From a virus, in IMG/VR virus record IMGVR_UViG_3300037010_002253, positions 17,363-81,362 of that record: a DNA stretch of 64,000 nt. One strand, 5' to 3'. How positions within the stretch are numbered: the stretch's first letter is position 1; each line of letters opens with the position of its first letter. The notes under the pieces are model-generated. The model saw only the letters and a list, made by a program, of their open reading frames with translations, made no database searches and was not told the origin of the DNA. The position numbers and the translations under genes are program-made. Shown here piece after piece: positions 56,405-64,000 of this stretch.

Positions 56405-56882
56405 GCTGGTCGCTCCCCTTCGCCAACGGCTCGAAGTCATCCGAATCGTTGGTGACGGTGTACCTGCGACCCCTCGCGTACCGCCGCGCGCGAGGGGCTT
56501 GAGCGTACCGGGACGCTAGGTCATCGAGAGGAACAGGGCGCTGCGGGGTAGTGTCCTCGCTCGCTTCCTTCTCCAGCTCAGACCTGAACGTAGACAAGTA
56601 ACGGTCTGCTCTTTCCGTTACCTGGGGAGGTGCCTCGACCTCCGCGCGCTCTTTCTCGAGCTGTTCCAGCCTGACGTCCGCGTGGAACGCGCGAAGAACG
56701 CCTTGCTTCTCTTCAGAGGAGAACCCACCGCGAGAAGCAAGGACACTCACGACGAAACGCTGGACGAGGACCTCCAGCTTCCACCGAACCCAGTTCAGTG
56801 CGCGCACGGCGACGCCTCTCCATCCCGCGCCCTTGAACCGGGCCGGGTGGATGAGGAGATCGTAGTGCCGCACACGGTACAT
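56394..56882 (-). CDS. Hypothetical protein
   Basis: Coupled ORF. Confidence 0.5.
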   Translation of the reverse strand: MYRVRHYDLLIHPARFKGAGWRGVAVRALNWVRWKLEVLVQRFVVSVLASRGGFSSEEKQGVLRAFHADVRLEQLEKERAEVEAPPQVTERADRYLSTFRSELEKEASEDTTPQRPVPLDDLASRYAQAPRARRYARGRRYTVTNDSDDFEPLAKGSDQHVE

Positions 56883-57190
56883 CAGCGCCCCTGGGATCTG
56901 CTCACGACGGCGAACTCCGCCTGGGCCGAAGCGAGCTGCGCCATCTCCGCGCGCGCCTTGTCCTCGTACGACTGCGACCGGACGGTGTCCGGGTGCGCGA
57001 GATCCTTGTAGTGATTCCGCCCGTCGAGCTGCGCGGGGTTGACCTGACCCTGGGAGGTCGACGCCGCAGCCGCGGCTCCCACCGTGAGGAGGGTGTCGAG
57101 GTAGAAGGGAGCGTTTCCCTTGTTCACCAGGACCGACGCGACCGTCGGTGCCCCGGGTACAGGCTGGTAGCTGCTGCCACCGTCAGACAT
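56882..57190 (-). CDS. Hypothetical protein
   Basis: Coupled ORF. Confidence 0.55.
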   Translation of the reverse strand: MSDGGSSYQPVPGAPTVASVLVNKGNAPFYLDTLLTVGAAAAASTSQGQVNPAQLDGRNHYKDLAHPDTVRSQSYEDKARAEMAQLASAQAEFAVVSRSQGR

Positions 57191-57197
57191 GACGCCC

Positions 57198-57647
57198 TCA
57201 CCCGTTCCCGACGATGTTGGCCCACTCCGCCTGGACCAGCGTCGCCGTCATCGGGGTGGCCGCGCCGCCCGCGGTGTAGTCGCGCGTCGTGGTCAGGACG
57301 TCACCGATGGCGATGTCGACGTTCGGATCCGCGAGGAGCCCCATCAGGTCGACGTGCTCCTTGATCGGGGTCGTCGGTCCGATGGAGTACGGCGCGGTGA
57401 GAATCGAGACGCCGTTCTTGAGGACATCGACCGTCATGCTCTCTCCAGCCCCGCACACGACCGACGTGATGAGGTAGAGGCTGTTGAGCTTGCCCGAGTG
57501 TCGCGCGATCCCACCCGACATGAGGACGCCCGCCGCGTCCGCCGGAGCAAGCTGCTCGGAACGTGCCGCGTGGAACTGACCGAGGAGTCGGGTGACGGTC
57601 GTGCTGTTGAACGGGGTGTGGAAGTCCCTGCGGCTGATCTTCGACAT
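57198..57647 (-). CDS. Putative structural protein
   Basis: TVDVLKNGVSILT motif common in phage virion beta-sandwich proteins. Confidence 0.55.
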   Translation of the reverse strand: MSKISRRDFHTPFNSTTVTRLLGQFHAARSEQLAPADAAGVLMSGGIARHSGKLNSLYLITSVVCGAGESMTVDVLKNGVSILTAPYSIGPTTPIKEHVDLMGLLADPNVDIAIGDVLTTTRDYTAGGAATPMTATLVQAEWANIVGNG

Positions 57648-57739
57648 GGGAGCTATTCTCCTTCTCGGACCCTATGCGCGCGAGAACCCCAGGACCGGAA
57701 TGGCCCTGGGGTCGCTCACGGATTCTTCGGGGATTCGTC

Positions 57740-59455
57740 CTACCATCGGCGAGCGTACCGACCGGCACGCCCGCTTGGCGACGAGGATCCGAGGGCACCT
57801 GCGCCCATGACCCCGCCGCCTCGCCTTTGCGAGCCGCCGCCCCCGAGAAGGGGCGCCGAGGAAACTTCCAGGTCCGGCATCACGGATGATTCTGCCATCT
57901 TCTCCGCCCAGGTGGCAAGACACGCGCTCGACGGATAGTCGTCGTGACCTCCCTCTGCGCCCTCGTACACCACCAAACCGCCAGAGAACATGCGGTCCAA
58001 GTCGAGATGTTCCTGGACGAAGCGAGTGTACTCGATTCGCTGTCGGGTCACTGGACCCGAGGCGTACTTGATGCGGCCCGCGTTCAACTCCTGCATGTAG
58101 TACTTCTGACAGATGTGTTTCGCGGTCGCTCCGGTGAAGCGGTAGGGGATGACGTTCACGCTTCCGCCGATCATGGCGTCGATGCGCTCATAGACAGGGT
58201 CTCCCATCGCCGTCGCATCGACCACCAGCACCGTGACGCCGGTCATCGAGAGGTAGCGCACGAGGGTCCTGTACTGCCCCTCGTCGCCCTCGAAGGTGCC
58301 CTCCATCTCCATCCAGTCCCAGATGGTCTTGTTGTAGTACATCTGGCGGTCGTCATCCGACTCCGGCAGGCGGTACTTGTTGATGATGGGCGTGTCCCTG
58401 TGGACCTCCATCAAGGTGAGGACGGTGCGGTCGTGGGACTTCGCCACGTCCAGACCCGCGACGAGTAGACCAGTGAGACGAGGCCCAGCCTCCGCAAGTC
58501 CTCGCCCTTCCTTCCCGTCGAGAGCGGCGCGCTCCATGAGGGCCGGCGTGATCGCGATGACCCGCGACTCCTGCCACAGGCACCGGAAGTTCATTTTGAA
58601 CTCCTCGGTGTCCACCCCGCCCAAGCGCATGATCTCCGACTGGACGAAGCGGTCGTAGTTCATGTGGAAGGGGTTCTTGTCCCGTGCATATGCGCGCTTC
58701 TTCTCTTCGCAGACGATACCGTATGGGAACTCGAAGTGGTTGCGCGGCCCGCCCTTCTCCTGGGCCTCGACGTTCTGTTGGATGGAGTGGTGGAAGCCCC
58801 CGCGAGACTCCCAGGCCGTTCCGATCTTCACCATCGTCCCGTTGGTCGAGGCGAGCATCGGTCGGATCTCCTTCTCCACCTTCGACCGCAGGAGCTTCTG
58901 TGCTTCCTCCGCCACGACCAAGTGATGCGTTTCGCCTTCGACCTGAGACATGGGAGACGCCGTGCGGGCGATGATCACGCTCCCGTTCGAGAACGCGATG
59001 GTGTCGCCGCGGCTCGCGACGACGACGATGTTCAGCTCGGGGTCCGAGAGGATCTCCGCGCAGTGCGGCCCCTCGACCCACTTCCGCATCCGGTTGAACG
59101 ACAGAAGTGACTGCCGTTCAATCGGAGCGTAGACCCCGACGAGGAACCCCTTATGGAACGGCATGAACCGCGGATCGTCCGGGAACGACCTTGCCAACTC
59201 GGGAAGAAGGACGGAGATGCCGAGGCAGACCGCCGCGATCGTCTCCGTCTTCCCGCTCTGCCGGCACCACAGACCTGTGATGGTCGCGCCGTCGTTGTTG
59301 AGCACCGACTCGATGATTCGCCGCGCGAAGAGAGCCTGGTACGTGTAGAGCGTCGTCTTCGAGAACTTCTCCAAGAAGAGAAGCACTCTATCTACCACCT
59401 CACGGGTCGTGAGCGGGCAGACCGCCTTGATCGCCTCAGGCTCCTTCGGTCGCAC
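57740..59455 (-). CDS. terL: Terminase large subunit
   Basis: YTYQ, CRQSGKTE Walker A, VAEEAQ Walker B, IGT, AGLDVAK, VDATAMGD, HDDYPSS. Confidence 0.93.
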   Translation of the reverse strand: MRPKEPEAIKAVCPLTTREVVDRVLLFLEKFSKTTLYTYQALFARRIIESVLNNDGATITGLWCRQSGKTETIAAVCLGISVLLPELARSFPDDPRFMPFHKGFLVGVYAPIERQSLLSFNRMRKWVEGPHCAEILSDPELNIVVVASRGDTIAFSNGSVIIARTASPMSQVEGETHHLVVAEEAQKLLRSKVEKEIRPMLASTNGTMVKIGTAWESRGGFHHSIQQNVEAQEKGGPRNHFEFPYGIVCEEKKRAYARDKNPFHMNYDRFVQSEIMRLGGVDTEEFKMNFRCLWQESRVIAITPALMERAALDGKEGRGLAEAGPRLTGLLVAGLDVAKSHDRTVLTLMEVHRDTPIINKYRLPESDDDRQMYYNKTIWDWMEMEGTFEGDEGQYRTLVRYLSMTGVTVLVVDATAMGDPVYERIDAMIGGSVNVIPYRFTGATAKHICQKYYMQELNAGRIKYASGPVTRQRIEYTRFVQEHLDLDRMFSGGLVVYEGAEGGHDDYPSSACLATWAEKMAESSVMPDLEVSSAPLLGGGGSQRRGGGVMGAGALGSSSPSGRAGRYARRW

Positions 59456-59463
59456 GAGTCACC

Positions 59464-59895
59464 TCAGGGAAGGAGAACGCATTGCTTGAACCGCGCCGGG
59501 ACCATCCCGTGAGTGCAGAGCACCTTCTCGTAGATCCCTCCCCGCACGCCGAACTCCCCGAGGGTCTGCATCCACTGGGGACTCAGCGCGGCTCGGATCG
59601 CTTCGTGGATCTCCTGCGTCACCGCCTCATGGAAGACGCCACGATCGCGGAAGCTCCAGAGGTAGAGCTTGAGCGATTTCGACTCCACGCACCAGTCCTT
59701 CGGGACATAGCGGATTCGGAAGGTCGCGAAGTCGGGCTGCCCCGTCTTCGGACAGAGGCAGGTGAACTCGGGGATGTAGAGGTCCACGAGGTTGCCGTGG
59801 ATCGGGTTCGTGAACCGCTCGAGACCATCCGCTCCGTGGGGGTGGTTCTTGTGCTCGCCGAGCTTGGTGATGTTGTCCGTCACGGCGTCCCCCAC
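59464..59895 (-). CDS. queF: NADPH-dependent preQ0 reductase (type I)
   Basis: PEFTCLCPKTGQPDFAT, QueF motif VESKSLKLYL, FHE, RGGI. Confidence 0.93.
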   Translation of the reverse strand: MGDAVTDNITKLGEHKNHPHGADGLERFTNPIHGNLVDLYIPEFTCLCPKTGQPDFATFRIRYVPKDWCVESKSLKLYLWSFRDRGVFHEAVTQEIHEAIRAALSPQWMQTLGEFGVRGGIYEKVLCTHGMVPARFKQCVLLP

Positions 59896-60587
59896 TTGAT
59901 ACCGTTTCGGACCGCCCTCTTGAGCGCTGGGTCCTCCGCGTTCGCCTCCGCGAACCCCTTCTCACGGAGAAGGCACGACGGGCACTTCCCGCACCCTGGG
60001 ACGTGTCCCTGGTAGCAGGTGACAGAAAGACCGACCGCCTCCCACGCCAGGGGACCGAGCTCCAGGGCCATCTTCACCGTCGCCGCCTTCGAGAGGTACA
60101 TGAGAGGCGTGGCGATGCAGAACTCCTCCAGTCCGTTTCCGAGACGGATGGACTCCGACAGCGCGTCCATCGTCGCCTTGCGGCAGTCCGGGTACCCGGA
60201 GTAGTCCGTCTCGCAGACGCCGAGCACGATCTCGCACCATCCGCGCGAGACCGCGATCCCGCCCGCGATGGCGCCGAAGACGACGTTGCGCCCCGGGACG
60301 AAGGTCGACGGGAGCCCCTGATGTCCCCCGTCCGCCTTGACCTCGATGTCCTTGCTCGTGAGGGCGCTGCGCACGCTCGTCCCGAACCCGGTCAGGTCGA
60401 TGATCATGTGCTCGACCTCAGCCAGCTCCGCGATCTTCAACGCCGCGCGCACCTCCGTCGCGTGACGCTGCCCGTAGTCGAAGGTGACCGCGAGGAGGTT
60501 CTCGTAGTGCTCCTTCGCCCAGAACAGGCAGGTCGTGGAGTCCTGACCGCCAGAGAAAACGACAACTGCTCCGGTTCTCTTACTCAT
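59880..60587 (-). CDS. queC: 7-cyano-7-deazaguanine synthase
   Basis: FSGGQDSTTC, FDYGQRH, STFVPGRN, YSGYPDCR, TPLMYLSK, TCY...CGKCPSC. Confidence 0.95.
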   Translation of the reverse strand: MSKRTGAVVVFSGGQDSTTCLFWAKEHYENLLAVTFDYGQRHATEVRAALKIAELAEVEHMIIDLTGFGTSVRSALTSKDIEVKADGGHQGLPSTFVPGRNVVFGAIAGGIAVSRGWCEIVLGVCETDYSGYPDCRKATMDALSESIRLGNGLEEFCIATPLMYLSKAATVKMALELGPLAWEAVGLSVTCYQGHVPGCGKCPSCLLREKGFAEANAEDPALKRAVRNGIKWGTP

Positions 60588-61308
60588 ATTTCACCCCAAG
60601 GTAGCGAAACGCCTTCTGTCGGTTGAGACACTGACAGCAGATGCCGCAGTTCACTTTCCACCCACGAATGCACGAGCTGGTCAGCTCGAGCGGCGCGCCC
60701 ACCTCCAAGCCCATCTGGACGATCTGGGTCCTGTCCATCCGCGCGTCGAGGAACGGCGCGTGGAAGGTCATCTCGGGCTCTTTCAGTCCCGCCGCGATCT
60801 CGTTGAGCTTGCCCACGAACCACGGGGACACGTCGTTCAGGGGAAGCTGCCCCTCGTCGTGCGCTCGCCACATGGGTCCGTCGCACTGGAACCCGAAGAA
60901 CGCCTTCGGCGGGGACATGCTCGGCGGTCGGTCCCGGAAGAAGACCATGTTCATTGCGATACTCGCCATCCAGAGGTGGAGGGCAGGCGTGTACGGGAAC
61001 GAGTTGAGGTCGGGCTCGTACCTCGTCACCGCAGGGACCAGGGACATCATCCCTCCCGCCTGCGGCGGCGCCTCGGGGCGCGGGTGTAGAACGTCCGAAG
61101 ACACGACCCGGACCACGGGACGCATCGTCGTGACCTTCTCCAGCGCGGCCAGGATGGGCCGAAGCGCGCGCTTCTTCTTCTCGTCGCCCACCGTCAACAG
61201 GAGAAGCTCGTCGCTTTTGGCGTCGATTCCGTACCTGTACGGGTGCTGCGCGAGGTCGAACGTGAGAACCGTGGAGTCGATTCCTCCACTGAAAAAGACT
61301 AGCGGCAT
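60580..61308 (-). CDS. Divergent QueC-like PP-loop ATP pyrophosphatase
   Basis: FFSGGIDS PP-loop and TSSC...CGICCQC zinc site, but YGQRH, VPGRN and YPDC motifs are missing. Confidence 0.8.
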   Translation of the reverse strand: MPLVFFSGGIDSTVLTFDLAQHPYRYGIDAKSDELLLLTVGDEKKKRALRPILAALEKVTTMRPVVRVVSSDVLHPRPEAPPQAGGMMSLVPAVTRYEPDLNSFPYTPALHLWMASIAMNMVFFRDRPPSMSPPKAFFGFQCDGPMWRAHDEGQLPLNDVSPWFVGKLNEIAAGLKEPEMTFHAPFLDARMDRTQIVQMGLEVGAPLELTSSCIRGWKVNCGICCQCLNRQKAFRYLGVKYE

Positions 61309-61309
61309 T

Positions 61310-61433
61310 CGGAGAGGCTACGCCGCTCGCTGGCGTAGGACAACCCTCCGCTGAATCGACCGGGCCCCCTTCGGTTAGGGTTTCGAGGGGCCGCTGGTCG
61401 GTCTCCTACGACGACCGCATCACGTCGTAGGAG
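61310..61433 (-). promoter_or_regulatory. Three-hairpin structured leader upstream of the queC-like gene
   Basis: Stems CTCCTACGACG/CGTCGTAGGAG; CGACC..GGCCCC/GGGGCC..GGTCG; CGGAG(A/G)GG..CTACGCC/GGCGTAG..CTCCG. Confidence 0.4.
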
Positions 61434-61439
61434 GGGCGG

Positions 61440-61721
61440 TCAGTTCCCGCCCTTGCTGAGCTGGAAATGGCGGACGCCGCCCTTGCCAGGCGCCCACGCC
61501 TCCGATCGCTCCGGAGGACCTGCGGGCAGGTCGGTGGGGGTCCAGGGCATACCGCCGCCCTTGCCCTTCTGGGACTCACGGACGAGCGCGGCGAGGTGCT
61601 GCAAGCGGGTCTGGACGGTCGCGCCGCTCTTGGTGCCGTGGTTCTCGTGTGCCATGTGCGCGCCGGTCACGCGCTTCGGGGTGAAGTTACCGGCCCGGAT
61701 CGGCTTCAGCGCTCGTGCCAT
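61440..61721 (-). CDS. Small basic hypothetical protein
   Basis: AGGAGG RBS before MARALK. Confidence 0.6.
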   Translation of the reverse strand: MARALKPIRAGNFTPKRVTGAHMAHENHGTKSGATVQTRLQHLAALVRESQKGKGGGMPWTPTDLPAGPPERSEAWAPGKGGVRHFQLSKGGN

Positions 61722-61772
61722 GTGAGACCTCCTTGTGGTCCCGGTGGGCGCCACGCCCACCTTGCAAGGAAA

Positions 61773-61800
61773 AGTCTACGAGTGCGGGAAGTTACGTCAA
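61773..61800 (-). promoter_or_regulatory. Sigma70-like promoter
   Basis: TTGACG-16 nt-TAGACT in an intergenic gap, A-rich upstream. Confidence 0.55.
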
Positions 61801-61828
61801 CTTTTCTCCACTACCTGAACGCCGTTGC

Positions 61829-62101
61829 TCACGTCTTCTCAGGCTCCCGCCCTGACGTGTCGATGGTAAATCGACCGGGCTTGCTTCCCTTGACCACGCC
61901 ACCCCTCCGCTCGTTGTAGGCGTTCGCGAAGTTCTGCTGCTCTGGGGTCATGTTCTCCACAGAGGTTCCGAGGGCAGCCGCGATCCTCCCGGTTGACTCC
62001 GCGCGGAGCTGCTCGCGCGCGGTGGTCGCGTTCCGCGCCGCGTCGGCCTGCTCCACCTCCACCATCAGGTCGATGAAGCCGCTGGGTCCGGTGTTGCTCA
62101 C
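61829..62101 (-). CDS. Hypothetical protein
   Basis: GTGA overlap with ART stop. Confidence 0.55.
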   Translation of the reverse strand: MSNTGPSGFIDLMVEVEQADAARNATTAREQLRAESTGRIAAALGTSVENMTPEQQNFANAYNERRGGVVKGSKPGRFTIDTSGREPEKT

Positions 62102-63084
62102 TTCGTCACCCGCTCCAGCTCGAGGACCATCAGGTTTCTGTCGATCTTGCCGTTGGTGGTTCCGTAGTACCGCCCCCTCACGCGGAAGGAGTCACCCTTC
62201 GGGAGCAGCACCTCTCGCTCCGCCGCGTACAAAGAGAGATGTTCCACAGCTACACCACGCGCACCGCGGAGCTCTAGCAAGACGCTGTACGGTCTGTCCG
62301 AGGTACTTGTGATGAACTGCTCCATGACCCGCGTGTCCCTCGTTGCTGACGTGATGGCTCCCAGACGCAGTCGATTACGGCCAGCAAGGTCAACGAACTG
62401 GTCCCGGGTCAAGTTCTTGAGCCCGCGTAGTAGGACGCCCGTGACTGGTTTCGCTTGCTCGGCAAGGACAGTGGAGACATCCGCGTGGTGGTTCATCACG
62501 TAGGAGGCGACGAGCTTCGCGGACACGTCCCTACCGAAGTGCTCCGCGTTGAATGTCTGACGGATCGACGCGTCGCCGCCCCAGAGGCGCTTCTCGATGT
62601 ACTCCTGGAGCTTCTCTCCACTCGCCCCACGGTCCACCATGCGGATCATCCGACACCAGTCGTCGTCCGTATACCTCTTCAGCGCAAGCTTCTCGTGAGG
62701 GAGTAGCTCGGGGTTTACGGGTCGCTTCGCGGTAAGGTGACCCTTCCAGACCCAGGACGTCTCCTCGGTGAGGTGCTTGTTCTCTTGTCTCATCCAAGAG
62801 GGAGAAGCGGTGGCCGGTATGTCCTTGTTCCTCGCAAAGAACCCAGGGTCAGCCTTCATGCTGGCGAGGTTTTGTTCCCCCCGCGCGCGCACCTGCTCCT
62901 TCGTCACGCGAAGTTTCGCAGGAGTGATCCCAAGTGCTTTCTGAATACGACCTACCGCTTCCTTGCGAGCCCCATCCGACAATGGAGAACCCAGGCTGCT
63001 GGGAGGGGTCCCGTAGACCTTCGCCCCCGACTTCGAGAAGTAGAAGCGTCCACCTCGGGGACCGATCTGGATGCCGCTGCTCAT
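62098..63084 (-). CDS. ADP-ribosyltransferase (VIP2/Alt-like R-S-E) with N-terminal GPRGG basic adaptor motif
   Basis: ALKRYT, LLRGL (R), ITSAT (S), AEREVLLPKG (ExE); IGPRGGRFYFSKSGAKVY N-terminus. Confidence 0.8.
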   Translation of the reverse strand: MSSGIQIGPRGGRFYFSKSGAKVYGTPPSSLGSPLSDGARKEAVGRIQKALGITPAKLRVTKEQVRARGEQNLASMKADPGFFARNKDIPATASPSWMRQENKHLTEETSWVWKGHLTAKRPVNPELLPHEKLALKRYTDDDWCRMIRMVDRGASGEKLQEYIEKRLWGGDASIRQTFNAEHFGRDVSAKLVASYVMNHHADVSTVLAEQAKPVTGVLLRGLKNLTRDQFVDLAGRNRLRLGAITSATRDTRVMEQFITSTSDRPYSVLLELRGARGVAVEHLSLYAAEREVLLPKGDSFRVRGRYYGTTNGKIDRNLMVLELERVTK

Positions 63085-63203
63085 ACTTCCAGCTCCTCAT
63101 CCACGTCTTCGTCTTCATCTTCGCCTGCGTACTCGTCGAGATCCTCCCCATCCGTGTTGAAGCGGTCCTGAAGCGCCTTTAGGTCTCGCTTGGGCGTGCT
63201 CAT
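63081..63203 (-). CDS. 40-aa highly acidic micropeptide
   Basis: MSTPKRDLKALQDRFNTDGEDLDEYAGEDEDEDVDEELEV; ATGA overlaps at both ends; GGAGG RBS. Confidence 0.65.
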   Translation of the reverse strand: MSTPKRDLKALQDRFNTDGEDLDEYAGEDEDEDVDEELEV

Positions 63204-63550
63204 GTTCGCCTCCAATATACCACGCTCCCTAGACGGAAATGAACCACTCGCTTACCGTTCTCGAGCCACGAGAGCAGCTCGGAGAGGAGGGACCTCCCGA
63301 TGAAGGGCTTGTTGTTCCGCCCCCACTCCTGGACGTCGCGATGAGCTCGGGTCTCGCTCAAGAAGTCGTAGACGGGCCTGGCCCAGTCTTCCCACCGGGG
63401 GTCGAGACCGGGGGGGAACTTCCCTCCGGTAGGGAAGCCGTCGCTTTTCTTTCGTCGCTGGCAGCTCTTGTGAACCACGCCCGCATTGTTGCCTCGATCT
63501 CGTCCCCGAGGTCGTTGAGCTTTCGCTTTCTTTCGAGACAGGCATCGCAT
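63200..63550 (-). CDS. Hypothetical protein (true start probably downstream of 63550)
   Basis: Stop coupled to acidic micro-ORF. Confidence 0.45.
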   Translation of the reverse strand: MRCLSRKKAKAQRPRGRDRGNNAGVVHKSCQRRKKSDGFPTGGKFPPGLDPRWEDWARPVYDFLSETRAHRDVQEWGRNNKPFIGRSLLSELLSWLENGKRVVHFRLGSVVYWRRT

Positions 63551-63603
63551 GGTTCGATCCCTACCGCCGCTGTGAGTTTCGCGATCCCATCGCCGATCTT
63601 CAC
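63358..63603 (-). CDS. Small Cys-motif protein (GIEPCDAC..RKRKLN)
   Basis: GTGA-coupled ORF; motif recalled from small phage proteins. Confidence 0.5.
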   Translation of the reverse strand: MKIGDGIAKLTAAVGIEPCDACLERKRKLNDLGDEIEATMRAWFTRAASDERKATASLPEGSSPPVSTPGGKTGPGPSTTS

Positions 63604-63818
63604 CGCTTGATCTCAGGCGAATAGAACTGGATGGTCTCGATCAGTCTGCCAAAAGCGTTCGGGTACGCTTCTGCCGCCGCATGGATCGTACGCGCCTGCT
63701 CGTCGTACTCCGCTCGGGTCAGGCCGCCCCTCTTCGCGAGGTTCTGAACGCGCGTGAGGGCAGCGGTCACCTTCGTCTCCCATTCCTGCTGCTTAGCGGA
63801 GCTGTTACGAGTTTCCAT
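63600..63818 (-). CDS. Small helical protein
   Basis: GGAG RBS before METRNS. Confidence 0.5.
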   Translation of the reverse strand: METRNSSAKQQEWETKVTAALTRVQNLAKRGGLTRAEYDEQARTIHAAAEAYPNAFGRLIETIQFYSPEIKR

Positions 63819-63999
63819 TGTGGATGTTCTCCATTCCGAAGTGCTGTCGAACGCTCGCCACCAGGTCCGCCGCCGCCGGGTTGCGCTCCCTGAACCACAG
63901 CGGGTCCGTGTGGTACGCAAGCCACGACTCCGCGAAGAACTCATGTGGGTCCTTCGCAGCGTACTTGGAGATGAGGCCCGTCTTCTTGTAGAGAGACTC
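63805..63999 (-). CDS. C-terminal fragment of anthrax-lethal-factor-like zincin metallopeptidase (truncated by window edge)
   Basis: Reads ...ISKYAAKDPHEFFAESWLAY..DP...ERNP; SxYA...ExFAE motif. Confidence 0.65.
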   Translation of the reverse strand, partial: ESLYKKTGLISKYAAKDPHEFFAESWLAYHTDPLWFRERNPAAADLVASVRQHFGMENIHNGNS

Positions 64000-64000
64000 T

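Noticed and set aside
59464-59895. QueF-like amidinotransferase for archaeosine (dG+)
   Set aside because: The intact ESKSLKLY NADPH-binding motif points to a true QueF reductase
61310-61433. Canonical preQ1 riboswitch
   Set aside because: Lacks the short stem plus A-rich 3' tail pattern of preQ1-I; retained only as an unknown structured leader

Overview
A 64-kb slice of a GC-rich tailed dsDNA phage (myovirus, contractile tail) with nearly all genes on the minus strand. In transcription order (right to left): putative effector genes (ATLF-like metallopeptidase fragment, ADP-ribosyltransferase); a queC-like/queC/queF cluster; large terminase, portal, scaffold and N4-gp56-type major capsid; neck, sheath, tube, a -1 frameshifted tail chaperone, tape measure, baseplate and tail fibre; a holin-like gene; a replication/recombination module (SF2 helicase, DnaC-like loader, DUF932, Dam-like MTase, DnaB helicase, primase, SSB, family A DNA polymerase, RecA, Cas4-like exonuclease, two resolvase-like nucleases, SpoVS); queD/queE/folE; chromatin-like proteins; and an aberrant tRNA-like element. 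Top observations: (1) the polymerase intein keeps an open frame while a complete HNH-type homing endonuclease is encoded inside it in the +1 frame with its own RBS; (2) a full 7-deazaguanine (preQ1) pathway is split over two loci, has an extra divergent QueC paralogue, and has no dpdA in the window; (3) a tRNA-like RNA has a non-canonical anticodon arm. All assignments come from motif recognition by eye; no database searches were run and the host is not determined.
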